Below are positions 25,597-38,809 of a stretch of DNA of 64,000 bases, piece after piece. The notes beneath the pieces were generated by a model, which saw only the letters and a list, made by a program, of their open reading frames with translations, was not told where the DNA came from and searched no databases. The DNA lies in the NCBI GenBank assembly GCA_011109175.1, contig RDEW01000009.1, positions 826,875-890,874 on the forward strand. Reading direction: 5' to 3'. This DNA is from Dicyema japonicum (lineage: Eukaryota; Animalia; Dicyemida). A program made the position numbers and the translations under genes. How positions within the stretch are numbered: the stretch's first letter is position 1; each line of letters starts with the position of its first letter.

Positions 25597-28500
25597 TTAA
25601 GATGGAACATAATTTGGATTTGGTTTCAGAATAACAATTCCTTCAAGATATGGAGTTAAAGAAATATATTCATTAGTGGCCAATTCAGCCTGTTCTCCAT
25701 GCGAAAGCATCACAGGTGTATTATGAGTTTGAAAACCAGTAATAGAACGTTGATTCCCCGTCTGCCCAGCAAGATCGACTGCCTAAATATACATACAAAA
25801 AGTAACCTGGCCCACTCTGACCATCACATTTATTGGTTCTAAGTTTTCGTTGTATGTAACCAACATACGGGGAGATATCGCAGGAACAATCATATAAAAA
25901 TGATGTGAGAGAACTCCCAAAATAGCTATATTAATTAAAAAAATATAAAATAAAAACCTTTGTTTGAATCAAGAAAGCTAATAAGAAATCCAATAATAGA
26001 TACTATGGCAGCTTTCTTTTGTATAAACTTTCCGGAAGTGAATGGTGAAAGAGTGAGAGTTCCTTTACCCATATAAAGCAAACTCTGAGCCAATCTTATA
26101 GTATACTGAAAGTTGTTATTTTTTGTAGAAACAGTATGTAAAGCTAGATTTCTCAATTGAGAACTCAAACGAGCATTGTTAGTTCCTTTGATTATTGATA
26201 ATATTAACCTGCACCAACAATTCCCATTCCCAAAATAGAAGAAATGACGACATCCTGATCAAGATCATGAGAATATTTGGCCAAAGTTTCAACAATAGCA
26301 ACATTAGGATTAGAAACGTAAAGAAGAGATAATGCTAAAGGAACAGCCCGTTTTTCTCCACCTTCGCCAAATCTCATCTAAAATTCATACTTTTAAAAAG
26401 ACTACAATATGATCAAGCATCCGAGTCATCATTTGAATGGATATATCATCATGACAACACTTTACTGCTAAAGATATAACTTCAATCCCTAATAAAAATT
26501 TAATCAAATATAAGAACCATTTTTGTACATTGTCAAATCATTTGCCCAGGTATTTTTTTCGTGGGAAGTATCAATCATTGCTTCCTAAAAATATAGTAAA
26601 GCTTAAACAACCACATAACTTTCAATGTTGTTTCCTATGTTAGATAGTAAATTTTCTATAGAAAATGAAAGTCCATTTTCTAATATAAGAATATAAATAA
26701 CCTTCATCATAAAACATATCTAAAACAGATAAACCAACCTGAATCAATGATTCCGAACAACTGGAGGTAATAAGACATTTAATACGTTCTTGTTCGTTAA
26801 AATCACTTAGACCTATTAAATCAATAACTAAAAAAACCGAATTCAACAAATCCAATTCCGAGAAAAGCATTAATAAGACCGAATTCATTTTCCCACTTAT
26901 CATCATCAATATTCTGTATTGAGGTAATCATTTTTAGAACAAGAGCACTATTCAAAGATCCTACTGCTACCAAACCAATAGAATAACATGCGTAGCCGAT
27001 GAGCTAAATGTGTTAATTATAAATAAAACCGATGGGGTTATTGGTTCAGTCGTAAGTGCTTCAGTCAAAATGGAGATAACTTGTTCGTTATTGGTTCCTG
27101 AATATGCAATTCCAAGACTATATAATTAAAAACAAATAAACCCCATGATTGCAGTATAACGACACGTCAATTTTTCATCCTTTGTAGCTTCACTTAATAA
27201 TGCAATCGTGGGTTCACATTCATGAGCCTGCCCACAACACATAATTCCGCATGCAAGATATGCACCAGCCTTAAAATAATTATAATTAATTATACTTTAA
27301 CTTCATCCTCAGCATTTAGATACTTATCAATTTCACCTAATCCAACATCAACATCCCAAAGATTAATAAGCCCGATACTGGCAGTTGCAGATAATAGACC
27401 CAAAATGTAACCAAATAATACCATTAGATTTATTATTTGAATATATCCATCCACTGCCTTCGGTAGAAATTCCGTAATCCGTTTTAAAGCCAGCATGAAC
27501 GAATCCATTAACAAAAGTGGCAGCTAACTGACCTTTGATACGATCGTTGGCAATTAATTCTTTGAATAATTTTAGACAAATAACTTTGCGTGCTTCCACA
27601 TTTAAACACATCTTCTGGGGTTTTTACTTGCATTACATCAAGCTAAAATAATATCAAATTAGCAATACATCTCGTGCCATGCGAATAAAGTATTGTGAAA
27701 AATTGTTATTTCCCATTATCTCGATTAATGTATCTTTTCCTGGATCAGAAACAACAGATGGGTCGTTAAATCGTGCAGAGCTTAAAAAGAAAGCCATTTG
27801 AATTTTGATTTTCCTAATATTATCGATAACCATAAACATATCATCGACGGATTCAAAACATCTCCTAACTTGATGTACAAGATTGTATTTAACACTGAGC
27901 CTCAAAGCGGGAAGAAAATCATTAAATTTCAGATAAATATCGAGTAAGACACGTATGTCGTTTTCTATTTCTTTTTTTGAAGAGTAATGTAGGCATGCTT
28001 CCAAATATAGACAAATCCTTTTATAGTTGTTTTCATCAATATATGAAGTAATCCATTCAATGTGAGAAATCTCTGCAAGTATATCACAAATTTCGGTCTC
28101 AGCATTGTGAGAAAGTAAAAAAGGCCCAATTTCATCAAAAAGTTGTTTCATTGGATAATAATAAGGGTCACTCTCATCTATTGGGGCTCGTCGATTTTTA
28201 GTCACTGAATAACAAATATGTTTAACGTATTCATGTCCCCAAGATGTTATATTATTCATAGTGCCAGAAAGGCAGTAATTAAAAACTTTTTCGAAGTTAT
28301 TTTCTTCATTTAGCATTGCAATGACAGAAATTAAGTCACTTAAGGACTTCTAAAAATTAATCACAGAAATGCCTTAAAAACAGAAGAATCACTTAAAGAA
28401 TTATAAAAATTTTCAATTTCTGCCAAATATTGACTCACAAATTTCAATGGTTTTGGAACCGAAGTCATTGAGCTTGTTGAATCTTTTAGTAATTTCTTAA

Positions 28501-28723
28501 GATCATTTATCCCCTCAATTTTATCTTGATCACTTCCCGTCTTTGAATTATTAAAAAAATACTCGTATCTTACTCATGAAAATATCTATTTCATTGTTGA
28601 TTTGCTTCTCCTCTTCTGTAAGCTTTAAAATAAAAATTAAAAATCCAAAGTCAGAAATATTTTCTTTTTTATTTCTATCTATAAAGCGTTAACTAAAAAG
28701 TACGATGGAGCTTCTACAATCAT
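25597..28723 (-). CDS. PSMD2: 26S proteasome regulatory subunit Rpn1
   Basis: [56 protein letters not shown]|AVDLAGQTG and GFQTHNTPV. Many tiny introns; the 5' exon model is tentative. Confidence 0.95.
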
Positions 28724-28879
28724 ACACGTCGCAGCTTTCTAGCTTTGAATTTTATTTAAATAAATTAAACATTGTTTATTTTAAATATATAAATATTAAC
28801 TCTAAAAGAAGCGATGTCGTTTTTTTGAATTCAATAATTGCGAATTGAAGGAATTGAATAAATATTAAATTTCAAGAAA

Positions 28880-29190
28880 AACTGCACTTTAACGCAGAGC
28901 CATCCATATTAGCTATAGCTTCGCTCAGACAGGACACACACATTATTTAAGTAAAGAACAGTTATGATAACTAATCGTAGAGAGAACCAAGGAATGCTCT
29001 TCATTTATTTTTTTCTTTTTATTGCGTGTATGTCATTCATAGACGATCCGGTTCAGCAGTGGAATGTCTACTGATGACGGCGTCACTCGTCGTCAAGCCA
29101 AAACATCGTAGATACGTGGAATCTTAAATCGAAATTTACAGCAGCGGGATTCGTTCTAGAGACATCATGCTTCTTGCCCCGGCACTCGTT
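28880..29190 (-). mobile_element. tRNA-derived SINE copy
   Basis: Shares the core ctgatgacggcgtcactcgtc and tail with 17973-18292. Confidence 0.8.
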
Positions 29191-30059
29191 ACACATCACA
29201 TTTCAAGAGCCCTCATTAAAGACTACAAATACTCGAAGATTCGATTATAACAAAATACTACGCCGGACCGTTCCTCCGATCCTCTCTACTAAGAGACATC
29301 TGGAAAAACATTGTTCTTCTACTATGTAGACACTACTCTTCTCTACCGGCATGCGTACGTAAACGAAAGATGTCTTCTGTTTCTTTTGTAACTCCTCCGA
29401 GTTGACATCAAATCACCTTTTTGAACTTGTATGCTGTCTCTTTAGTGCGCTAAAGTTGACCGATCTATGGGAGCGACCGGTATTTGTCATATTTAATAAG
29501 GCTGGTATCTTACATGTTAGTGAGGCCAGAGTTACTTAACTAACTAATTAACTATTCATATGTGCAGGATATGAAAAATATTGGTGTCACGTCTGAATCA
29601 CTAATGACTTTTGGGTAACAGATAATCAATTTAATCTCCCCATCTTTACAAAATTACCCTTTGAAAGTTTGTTGGATTTCGATAAAAGCAGAGGGAAAGA
29701 TGAAGATTCTACAAAGAAAGACTGGAATCACCTGATGCCATATTTATCTTAATAAATTAATATTGGATGATTATTCGTATTAACAATAATAGATCACCCT
29801 ACTCTTATTCTCATCAAAAAAATTGGAAATAGTACATCACTGCTCTCTTAATTCATATTCGATGTACAAAACAGACAAAAACCTCGTTAAGACTTTCAAA
29901 ATACACTATCGAGTTCGAATTATTGTCGTACTTGTAGTTCTGCCTAGCTAGGAACATAAAAAACCTTTTTTTAGGAGATTAATACAAGACTATAGGACAT
30001 GTGCGTGAAATTTATCCATTATGTAATCTTTATGCCCGGATGGCTAAGTGTTCCACTAT

Positions 30060-31400
30060 ATGAACAACAACAGAGCTGCAGGATGTGATTGAGTCCAGGG
30101 GAATTACTCAAATACGCTCCCGAGAGCTTCTTCGCACAAATACTGAACAAGGCTTTTCTACTACACTGCCCGCTTCTAATTGGTACCGGAATATTAATAA
30201 CCGTTCATAAACCGGGCAAAAGACGTAGAACCTCCGAAAACTTAAGACCTATTGTGCTACTCACCACTCTAAGGAAAATTCTATCGACTATTGTTCGAGG
30301 CCGTATATCAATATCGGTCGATATCTCTATTGCGGTCAGAGTGGTTTCAGGCCTGGAAGATCCACGGCTGATGTTGTCTGGAGCAATTGCTGGATCATTG
30401 CAATATGTCATGAAGTACAAACCGATTCTTTCATATCCTGGGAATCGACATGAATAAGGCTTTTGACAGCATCAACAGGAGTAAATTACTTACCGTGTTG
30501 AAAGACGTTATTGATGAAGATAGTCTGCGCATGATACATATGTTACTATCTGAAACTGAACTATTCGTCAGAGTTGGCTCTAAGGAGTCTAGAACATTTT
30601 CTACCAATGTTGGAACCCCACAAGGGGACACTCTATCTCCTGTATTATTTATCATCTATCTAAAGGCAGCTTTGAGAGATCTAAGAGAACAAATTGGATA
30701 TCTGGATAACCACTTTATGGAACTAATTTACGCGGATGATGTCGATTTCGTCGCTGAAGATCGGGAATTTATATACAGTAAACTCTCCCAAATTTGCCAT
30801 TTTTGGTTCCAGTATTTTTTGCGGCAAATTTGGGAATTAACAAATTTCAGAATTTAATCAATAATTTTAAAATAGTTATTGTGTAACTTCTCATCGGTGA
30901 AAATAACTAAATTTGATTTTATTACGAAAAAAGGAGAAATGGAGGAACACTCGAAAACTCGGATCGTTTCACAGAGGCCAACTAAGAAAACTCCTTGGAT
31001 ATTCATGGCCAAAGACAATCTCAAACAATAAATTATACAGACTGACTAATTGTGGACCAATAAGTTTGAACGTACTTGAAGCCTGCTGGCTCCTTTTTTG
31101 ACATATCCTACGGATGGATAAAGAAACACCATGCTATACCGCCATAGAAGAATTTTTCTGTCATACTGAATTTTCTACATTCAGAGGACGCCCAAGAATT
31201 TGTCTTCCTAGAACACTTGCGGAGGATTATGCTGTGATCGAGGGCCGATTCGTGGATGCAGACGATCTGGACGAAATAAAGAGGCAAGCACGACGACGAA
31301 AGGGATGGAGAAGGCTAAGGCAAGAATAGTCGAAAAACATGGCACAAGCGAAAACATAAACAGTGTTTACTGGTAACGAGGATGTGCATTAACTAACAAC
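30060..31400 (+). mobile_element. Decayed RTE LINE (RT half), different subfamily
   Basis: NLRPIVLLTTLRK, DMNKAFDSINR, GTPQGDTLSP, YADD and FRGRPR. Confidence 0.8.
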
Positions 31401-31419
31401 TATGATTAAGTGTAATAAG

Positions 31420-31710
31420 TTTCAGGAAAAAATGAGGTCCCCGGTTCGAATCTAGCTGTTGTTCATTCGGTTGGAGGTTTCACGCATCTACGATGCTTCG
31501 GGGTTGATAAGTGACGCCGTCATCAATGTTTCAACATGCGGTACTGGATTGTCTTATGGAACTCACACAAAAACAAAAAAAAAACGAGGTCAAGAACACT
31601 TTCAATGTATTTGATATACCCAGATTAATTAATTTACATTACTGTTCTTACTTCTTTAAATAAAATGAGTTCTGCCTAAGGTAAATGTAAGTAATGGAAT
31701 CGTGTCTTTT
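31420..31710 (+). mobile_element. tRNA-derived SINE copy
   Basis: B box ggttcgaatc at about 31443 plus the shared core. Confidence 0.75.
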
Positions 31711-32790
31711 AATCTTTATTCTAATAATTGAAGGCATAAATAAATCAGGAGGGCTATTTCGTCAATTAATTCTTCGTTTTCAACGTTCTCAAGAAGATCT
31801 TTATTCCAATAATTGAAGGCATAGATAAATTGAATTTTAATAAATTTTCCACCGACATGTAATTAAATACCTCCAGATAACTCTTTGTAATTAAAAGGTT
31901 TTGCCAGCCTTTCGAATTGACTTTATGTGAGGTCTCTTCCAAACTTCCGGAATACCATTCGTATTTATCGACATATTAGATACTAGAACTAACATCCCCA
32001 ATGCTAGAAGGCCCAGATATTTCAGTTCCATAGGAGAATCTGGTCTTCTGGCTCTTGAATTCTGTGTTATAGATATTGCCGATGGACATAATCACCGGCG
32101 AGAATAAGATCCAGTCTGTGAAAGCTTTTGGTTTAATTCTCTTCAAGTACACTTGGTGATATCTGGAGAAATTTTCTTGTGAAACTAAAGCATAATATTT
32201 AATCAGTGTTGGGATTAATGTAGATTTCTTCGAGATTCGTGCAGTTGAGGTTTTGATAAATTTGATCGATTCAGACCTTTCTAACAGATGCGTTTGCAGA
32301 GATCTTAGGATAGCGTCGTCCATCGTTTTATGCTCGACTTTGATTTTCTATAGATTTCTCTGTTGAGCGAATATATTTCTAACAATTTCTTCATTTTTGA
32401 GAGGATTTTTCTCCTTCAAGAAGTTTGTTTATTAATCAGGAGCTTGACGAGGAAGGAGTCGATCCATTGAAGCTTTCCTTTTGCTGCGGACAATCGAGTT
32501 GAACCATTGACTATTTGTTCAACAAAAGATTTAGTGTGTAACTGCAGTAACTAACAGCATTCATCGACAAACTGTTTGATTATTTTCCAATTAGCAAAGT
32601 TGTAATACTAATAGTCGGAAACTGCTTTCCTATCCATGATCTTGTTTTAATCTCCAATTGATGTTATTAAATTCAATATTTTTTTTACTTTTAGATAATT
32701 GGTATTCATTGTTGACTTATATTAAAAATATAAATTTGAACCTTATCAAAACTAAAACTGTCGCTAAACAACAACCAAATTAATTTTCCT

Positions 32791-35700
32791 ATGAAAATTT
32801 CTGAGTATTTTGTAAAATCGAATTCATGTTTATCAGAAATTAAAATATTATCAGATCTAGATTATTTAAATGAAGCACTAATCGCTTTAACGGATCCGCT
32901 ACAAGTATTTTATTTTAACACTAATAGGAATCTATGATTGAAAAGAAGATGTATTCACTTGATGTCCTTATTGATAGTCATAAAAATGGATTTGTATTAT
33001 TTTAAAAAATTAATATTAGTATATTTTCCAATTACCGAAGGTTATAAAAATTCTCAATATTTGTGCTCTTAAAGCAGGCGATAATCCAGAATTTGAAATA
33101 AGAATATGTCGTATTTTGACCATATTATCTCTGCCATTTTTAAAAAAATCTTATTCTGACGGAATTAATTTTTCTCAACTCATCTCTGATTCATTATCTC
33201 AAATCGGTATATAATATTCGAATTTACATATAGGATATTTGATTCGTTTTGATTCAATAAATATTAGGCTTAGTATATTTTATATGATTCGATGCATTTT
33301 TAGTGGTTTTCAAGGAAAAGAAAGTGGTTTGACCTTTTAATCATTTAAAATTTAGGAAGCGACAGAATATCGAAAGACTTGATATGTAAAATTATACATC
33401 AATCTGAACTTACAAAAATTTTTCTATCCGTAAGTAGTAAAAGATTTAATAAACTTTTTAGAGTATTCCGTTACTCATTAATCAATCGTTAGTTCTGTTA
33501 GACTGTTTGCGGACTCTCAAAATAATTTCATATAAAAACGGTTTGATTTAAATAATTATTTAAAATAGAAATTTCGTGCAATCAAATATTGAAATCTGAT
33601 GCTATTGAAGATTTTTTTCAAGTCATTTTCACTAATAAACACTGCTTACAATTCATTTCGCTATCTCTTGATGTAATTTGGAATTTAATCGATTATGGTT
33701 CATCTGACTTAATTTTCCAAACTTTTAATGATGTTAAACTCCTTGGGTAAACATTAAAATATTTAATTTAGAATTATTAATGAAATTTTCATATCGATTT
33801 TACTAAGTACTAAAAGTAATTTCGAGAGAAATATTAGGTTTAATTTTTAAATTTTAACATTTTTACAGAAATGACATTTGTGCAATAATTAGTCTTTTAG
33901 TCGAAAAATTTCCCCAAATGATTTTTGTAGAGTCCGGCATAGTCAAAACAGTTTTGCATTTGCTTTTTTGTATTGGTATTAATTTACATAAAAATTTTTA
34001 TATAAAAGGAATTGTTAATAAAGAAACTAGTCAAAAATATAAAATTGAAATGACACCAGAAGATATGCAATTCCGTAAACAATTAATCTGCACATTGGTT
34101 AATTTACAAAAAAATGAACCTTCACTACTGGTTACAACAAATTATTATTTTTAGATGATTAAAAAGAGTGAAATTATATACAAGTTAGTGGAATTTATCG
34201 AGGGGACAAACATTTTGGCAAACGATCTTAATTGGCATGTCTCACAAGTTGAAGAACTTCAACTCACTATAATATCTTCTCTTTGTTTGCTAACTGAGGA
34301 AATGATTGATCAATTAATTAAATATCAAACTCCAACTCGACTTGTAATGTTGCTTGAATGGTGTACACATCTGACCAATTATATGAAGGACAAGGAAATG
34401 CTCTATGGCTGAGGGGGACGTGATAACAAGCGAGCTCAAATGAGAATATGCCTAAGGTTGATTAGAAGTATATGTTCTCTTAAAGATAATAAAATTATTC
34501 AAATATTTGTTGACCAAGGTGCGATAGATCAAATTAAGGGTATATAATTATTTATATTTCTTAGATATTTTTAAGTCTGTAGAAGAATTTCAAGAAGATG
34601 ACGATTCAATTGATATTGAAATTCAAGGAGATATGCTTTTTATTATCGGACGTATTTGTGAATTAAATCTTCACAATAAAGTAAGTAATATTGTTTCATT
34701 ATCAAGGAATTATTTGGTATTGATGGAATCGACTTGCTTATAAAGCTATTACAAATAAATCAAAGTAAACCAAATCATGGTATGGATTATTTTAAGCTTA
34801 TATCATATGTGATTGAATGTACCTGGTTATTTTTTTTTAACAAATTTAGGTGTACAACCCATGGCTGTAGAACGACAGAAAAATATTTTATAATTAAAGG
34901 CGGCTTGTTTATTTTGCTTGATTTACTTTCCGTTCATTTTAAAAATATAATTTTATTAGATTGTCCCTGCAGAATTGCAAAATGTTTTAATTGGATGTAT
35001 ATGTGACTTGGCTGAATGTCCAAATGGATCAAATCATATTTTAACATGGGAAGGTAAAAATAAAATAACTGCATCAAACCTTCTTTGTCAATTATGGAGA
35101 AATCAAGAAGATTTGTCTATTTATAATTTATCTGGAAAATTAATAAGTAATAAAATTAATGTTATTATTCGATAGATGAAAATATGCCATTTAAAAAATA
35201 CATAATTATCAAAGAAATGCAAAAACATTTAATCATCCCAAATGGATCTTCCAATACAATATGTGAAATATTTACAAATTTAAGAGGAAAAATATTTACA
35301 TTATTTTCTATTTTAGGCAATTTTAATTATAACATTTAAGGATTCAAGAATGTTAAAAATTTAACTTTTGAAAATAAAATTACAATTGAAATAATCAAGC
35401 GATATTTTAATTTGAAGGTTATATTTTTTAAATGATTAAGTTTTGGGAAGTTTGGAAAGAATTAATTGACGAAATTGAAGAAGGAGACATTCGACCAGTT
35501 ACACCAGATCAAGAGATGCTTGATTCTATAAAAGAAAGGTTAAACAGAACTGCTATTGAAATTAAAGCAAGTCAAGTCAAACTTTTAGAAGAAATTAATA
35601 ATAAAGAAATAATGACAGAAAACAAGTTTTACAAATCTGTAAATAAATAAAATATAACACTTAAGATTATGGAAGGAAGCAAACAACAGCAAAGAAATTT

Positions 35701-35997
35701 AATTAGATGGAATAATTATGTATCTAGAACTTCATCTCATGTTAAACTTAAAGTATATTAATTTACTCACGTGTCAGAGAGACAAACAAGAAATGTATAG
35801 ACTTATCGATACGTCCAGAAAAAACTTTTACTGTGATGATGAAAAGTATGAAAATAATTTATGAAAATTTAGTATTATAAAACATGATCTAACTCTGCCC
35901 CGACTTCAGACAACAGTATTTTAATTTATCATAACTATATCAGACTTTTAGCATGAGAAAAGAAAGAATCTGCGATCCTGTTGGAGAATTCAATTGA
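32791..35997 (+). CDS. CFAP69: Cilia- and flagella-associated protein 69 (ARM repeats), about 21 exons, with an in-frame TGA at 34410-34412
   Basis: LPFLKKSYSD, WHVSQVEELQL, GGRDNKRAQMR.CLRL, ELFGIDG, WEGK..ASNLLCQLWR, EVWKEL...IRPVTPD and YVSRTS. The start codon is uncertain. Confidence 0.88.
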
Positions 35998-36088
35998 ATC
36001 ATTATTACTCATTTAACATCTAAATCTACTGTTACCAATAAAACTAATATTATTAAGAATTTATAATAATAATAAAAAATTAACATAA

Positions 36089-38639
36089 CTAATCAATACA
36101 AATAATGTTTATTGGAGGTTTAACAGTGTTTTCTTTTACGCGGTCTATCGGTTTTCTTTTTTGTCTTTTAGCGCCTTTATCAGATTTCATTTTACGGTCC
36201 ACCAATTTATACTTTCCACGAACACCACGTGGTCTTATTGCCCTTTTTCCGGCTCCTCTTTTAACTGGAATCAATGTTGTCTTAGGTTTTTTCTTATACA
36301 AACCAGCCTTTTTATATATGCTAAAAATCAGCAAATAAAAACTCTTTAATTTGTCTATTTTTTTCAACTGCAGTTATATCATCGGTCTCACATAATAAAT
36401 CAGCTTTTTTGCGAGCAACTTCCAATTTAGCAGCCAACTAAGAATATATGGATTGTTTCTTACTTTCTTTTTACGTCTAATTTTAGCTTCAATAATTTTC
36501 TTTGGAGGACGGGAGTTAATAGCACGATCACGTTCACGCTCAAGAGATATTTGTTCCTTTGTTATAGGTAAATTAATTCGACGATGAATCTTCTCATCCT
36601 TAACAAACCAACTAGGCAAATCAGTTCCCTCGTCATCGTATGAATAACGGTTAAAGCCAAGTTCTTCGATTTCTCTACGTCGTTTTTTGGATTTAATCAA
36701 CTCGCGAGCAAGAGCACGTTCACATGCGTTTAACCTATGATCATGATATCCATTAGCTTTAACATGAAATAAAATAATTACCATCTATTGTTGCTTTCTT
36801 TGAACCTTTCAAAAGGTTTTCATCGGAATCGTAAAAATCAAACTTATTCAGAGAATTTTCGACTACTTGAATTTTCTCAGATTTCTTACAATTTAGCAAA
36901 TTTAAAATATACTGCAACAGGTATTTCGGGGAAATTAATTTTTTCATTTTCTGGCAAGGTAAACTCATCTTGACTGATTTCCCCATCATCAACGGTATAA
37001 TTTGTGGATGCGATGGAATCTATCTCTGAATTGCTTGCTACATCTTCGTCCAAAATATCATCGGCATTAATTTTCTGTAAATATATTGTTAATTATAAAA
37101 CTGTTAAAAGATCATGAGGTAAAGCATTAATAGTAAACAGCTCATCTCCTTCAGTCTGGTCGAAATAATCATTTTTAAAAGAAATCTTTCTACTAACTCT
37201 CTTGTTTTCTTCAATGATTTTCTTCCTTTCTTTTTTTCGTTTTCTCAAAATATAAATAAAATTTACTTTTTTTCCTCACGTGCTTCAGTTTTAGATATTT
37301 TATTAATTAATGTAGTAATCTCTTTATCTTCAACGTCGTCTTGATCAGTTTTAAGCTGATTAATCTCTCTATCAATAAACTTGTTAGGAGAACTTTTTAT
37401 CAATTTCTACACTGTTTTCTCTCTTTCTTTCATTCAAATCTTTTATGAGATGTTTCCTCCATCGAAGTAACAATCTAAATATATGTAAAACCAAAAATTT
37501 CAGTAAATTAATCATAAAGTTATAATTTATCAAATGAATAACAATAATGATAACAAATTCCACAAAAACAAACTTTATCTCAGATTTTCCCAACAACTTT
37601 AAATCTTTACAGTATTCCATTATTTCATCTGTCGTCTGTGAATGCTTTAAAACGAATTCACTATCAATCACAAACTAAAATATAATAACAAAGAAACTTG
37701 ATTGCTATCAGCTAAAACAGCCATAAAATCACTGCTTTTGATAAATTCGCTTATTTTAGTAGATTTGTGAAGAATAGTTGCTCCGTCCTGGTAACCGCTC
37801 CGATTTCTATATATTAACATTAATGACAACATAATTGATTTTTGTAATCGGTTAATAGAAATACTTCTATCATCGTTTTTGGAGGAATTTGGATCACTAG
37901 TACAAGCAAAAACAACATTCGGATCTAAAGAAGATCGAATATGTTTCTTTAATGGTCTATAATCCTGACAGACGACATAAATTTCAGCAGATTCAGTTCT
38001 TGAAGCTGGAGGTTTTGTTGCTATGACACGTGAAAAAAATTCTCGGAATTTTTCAACAAGTTTTGGATAATCACTAGATCGAAAAACTTTCGTAACTAAA
38101 CATCCACCGGGAGCTAAAAGATCGACAGCAATTCTTAATCCATAAAGTCCAAGACGAACTAAAAATATGTTTGGTATTAGAAACCTTGATTAAAAGAGTC
38201 CTGCTGCCAACTTGTTCCTACATTTGGGGCTCCATCATTAAGAATAAGATTAGCTTTGTTCCCTTGCAAATGTTTTTTCAACGATGAAACACATTCAGGA
38301 GTTGTAATATCCTGTCTCAATGAGATTACACCAGGAATGCTTCTAATAGGATCTAGATCAACCCCTTCATATATTTAATTAAGTCATACCGATAATTACG
38401 CTTGAGACTGGCATATTCTTATGTGCTACTTGAAGCCAACTACCAGGGGCTGCACAGAGATCTATGCAAATCGTGGAATTTTCCAAAAAATGATGTTTTC
38501 TGTTTAGTTGTATTAATTTGAATGCAGCACGTGATCTATAACCTAAAATTTAAAATAAAAATGAGATTCAACCAGTTTCACGAGCAAGACGATAAAATTT
38601 GTCTTTCCTCTCATGAGCTTTTCTAGCTTTCTTCGCCAT
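36089..38639 (-). CDS. FTSJ3: Pre-rRNA 2'-O-methyltransferase Spb1/FTSJ3
   Basis: [11 protein letters not shown]|[64 protein letters not shown] and [13 protein letters not shown]. Confidence 0.96.
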
Positions 38640-38809
38640 TCAACAAAATATCAACAATGATATCAGAAAAAACGTGTTTAATTTTAAAATATTTAAAATA
38701 ATTATTTTAAAAAATAGATTAAATGTTGCAATTATTTTTATAATTGATTGTTGGTTTAGTGGACTTAATCACTTAGCTCTTAGGCCATAATAAAGAACTA
38801 ATGACAGAA

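Noticed and set aside
34410-34412. Genome-wide UGA reassignment or selenocysteine in CFAP69
   Set aside because: TGA terminates RSL24D1 and DMAP1 at natural ends, no SECIS was seen downstream, and the position is not a Cys as I recall the homologues.
35998-36066. 22-codon open extension after the CFAP69 stop
   Set aside because: Compatible with chance, with no homology support.
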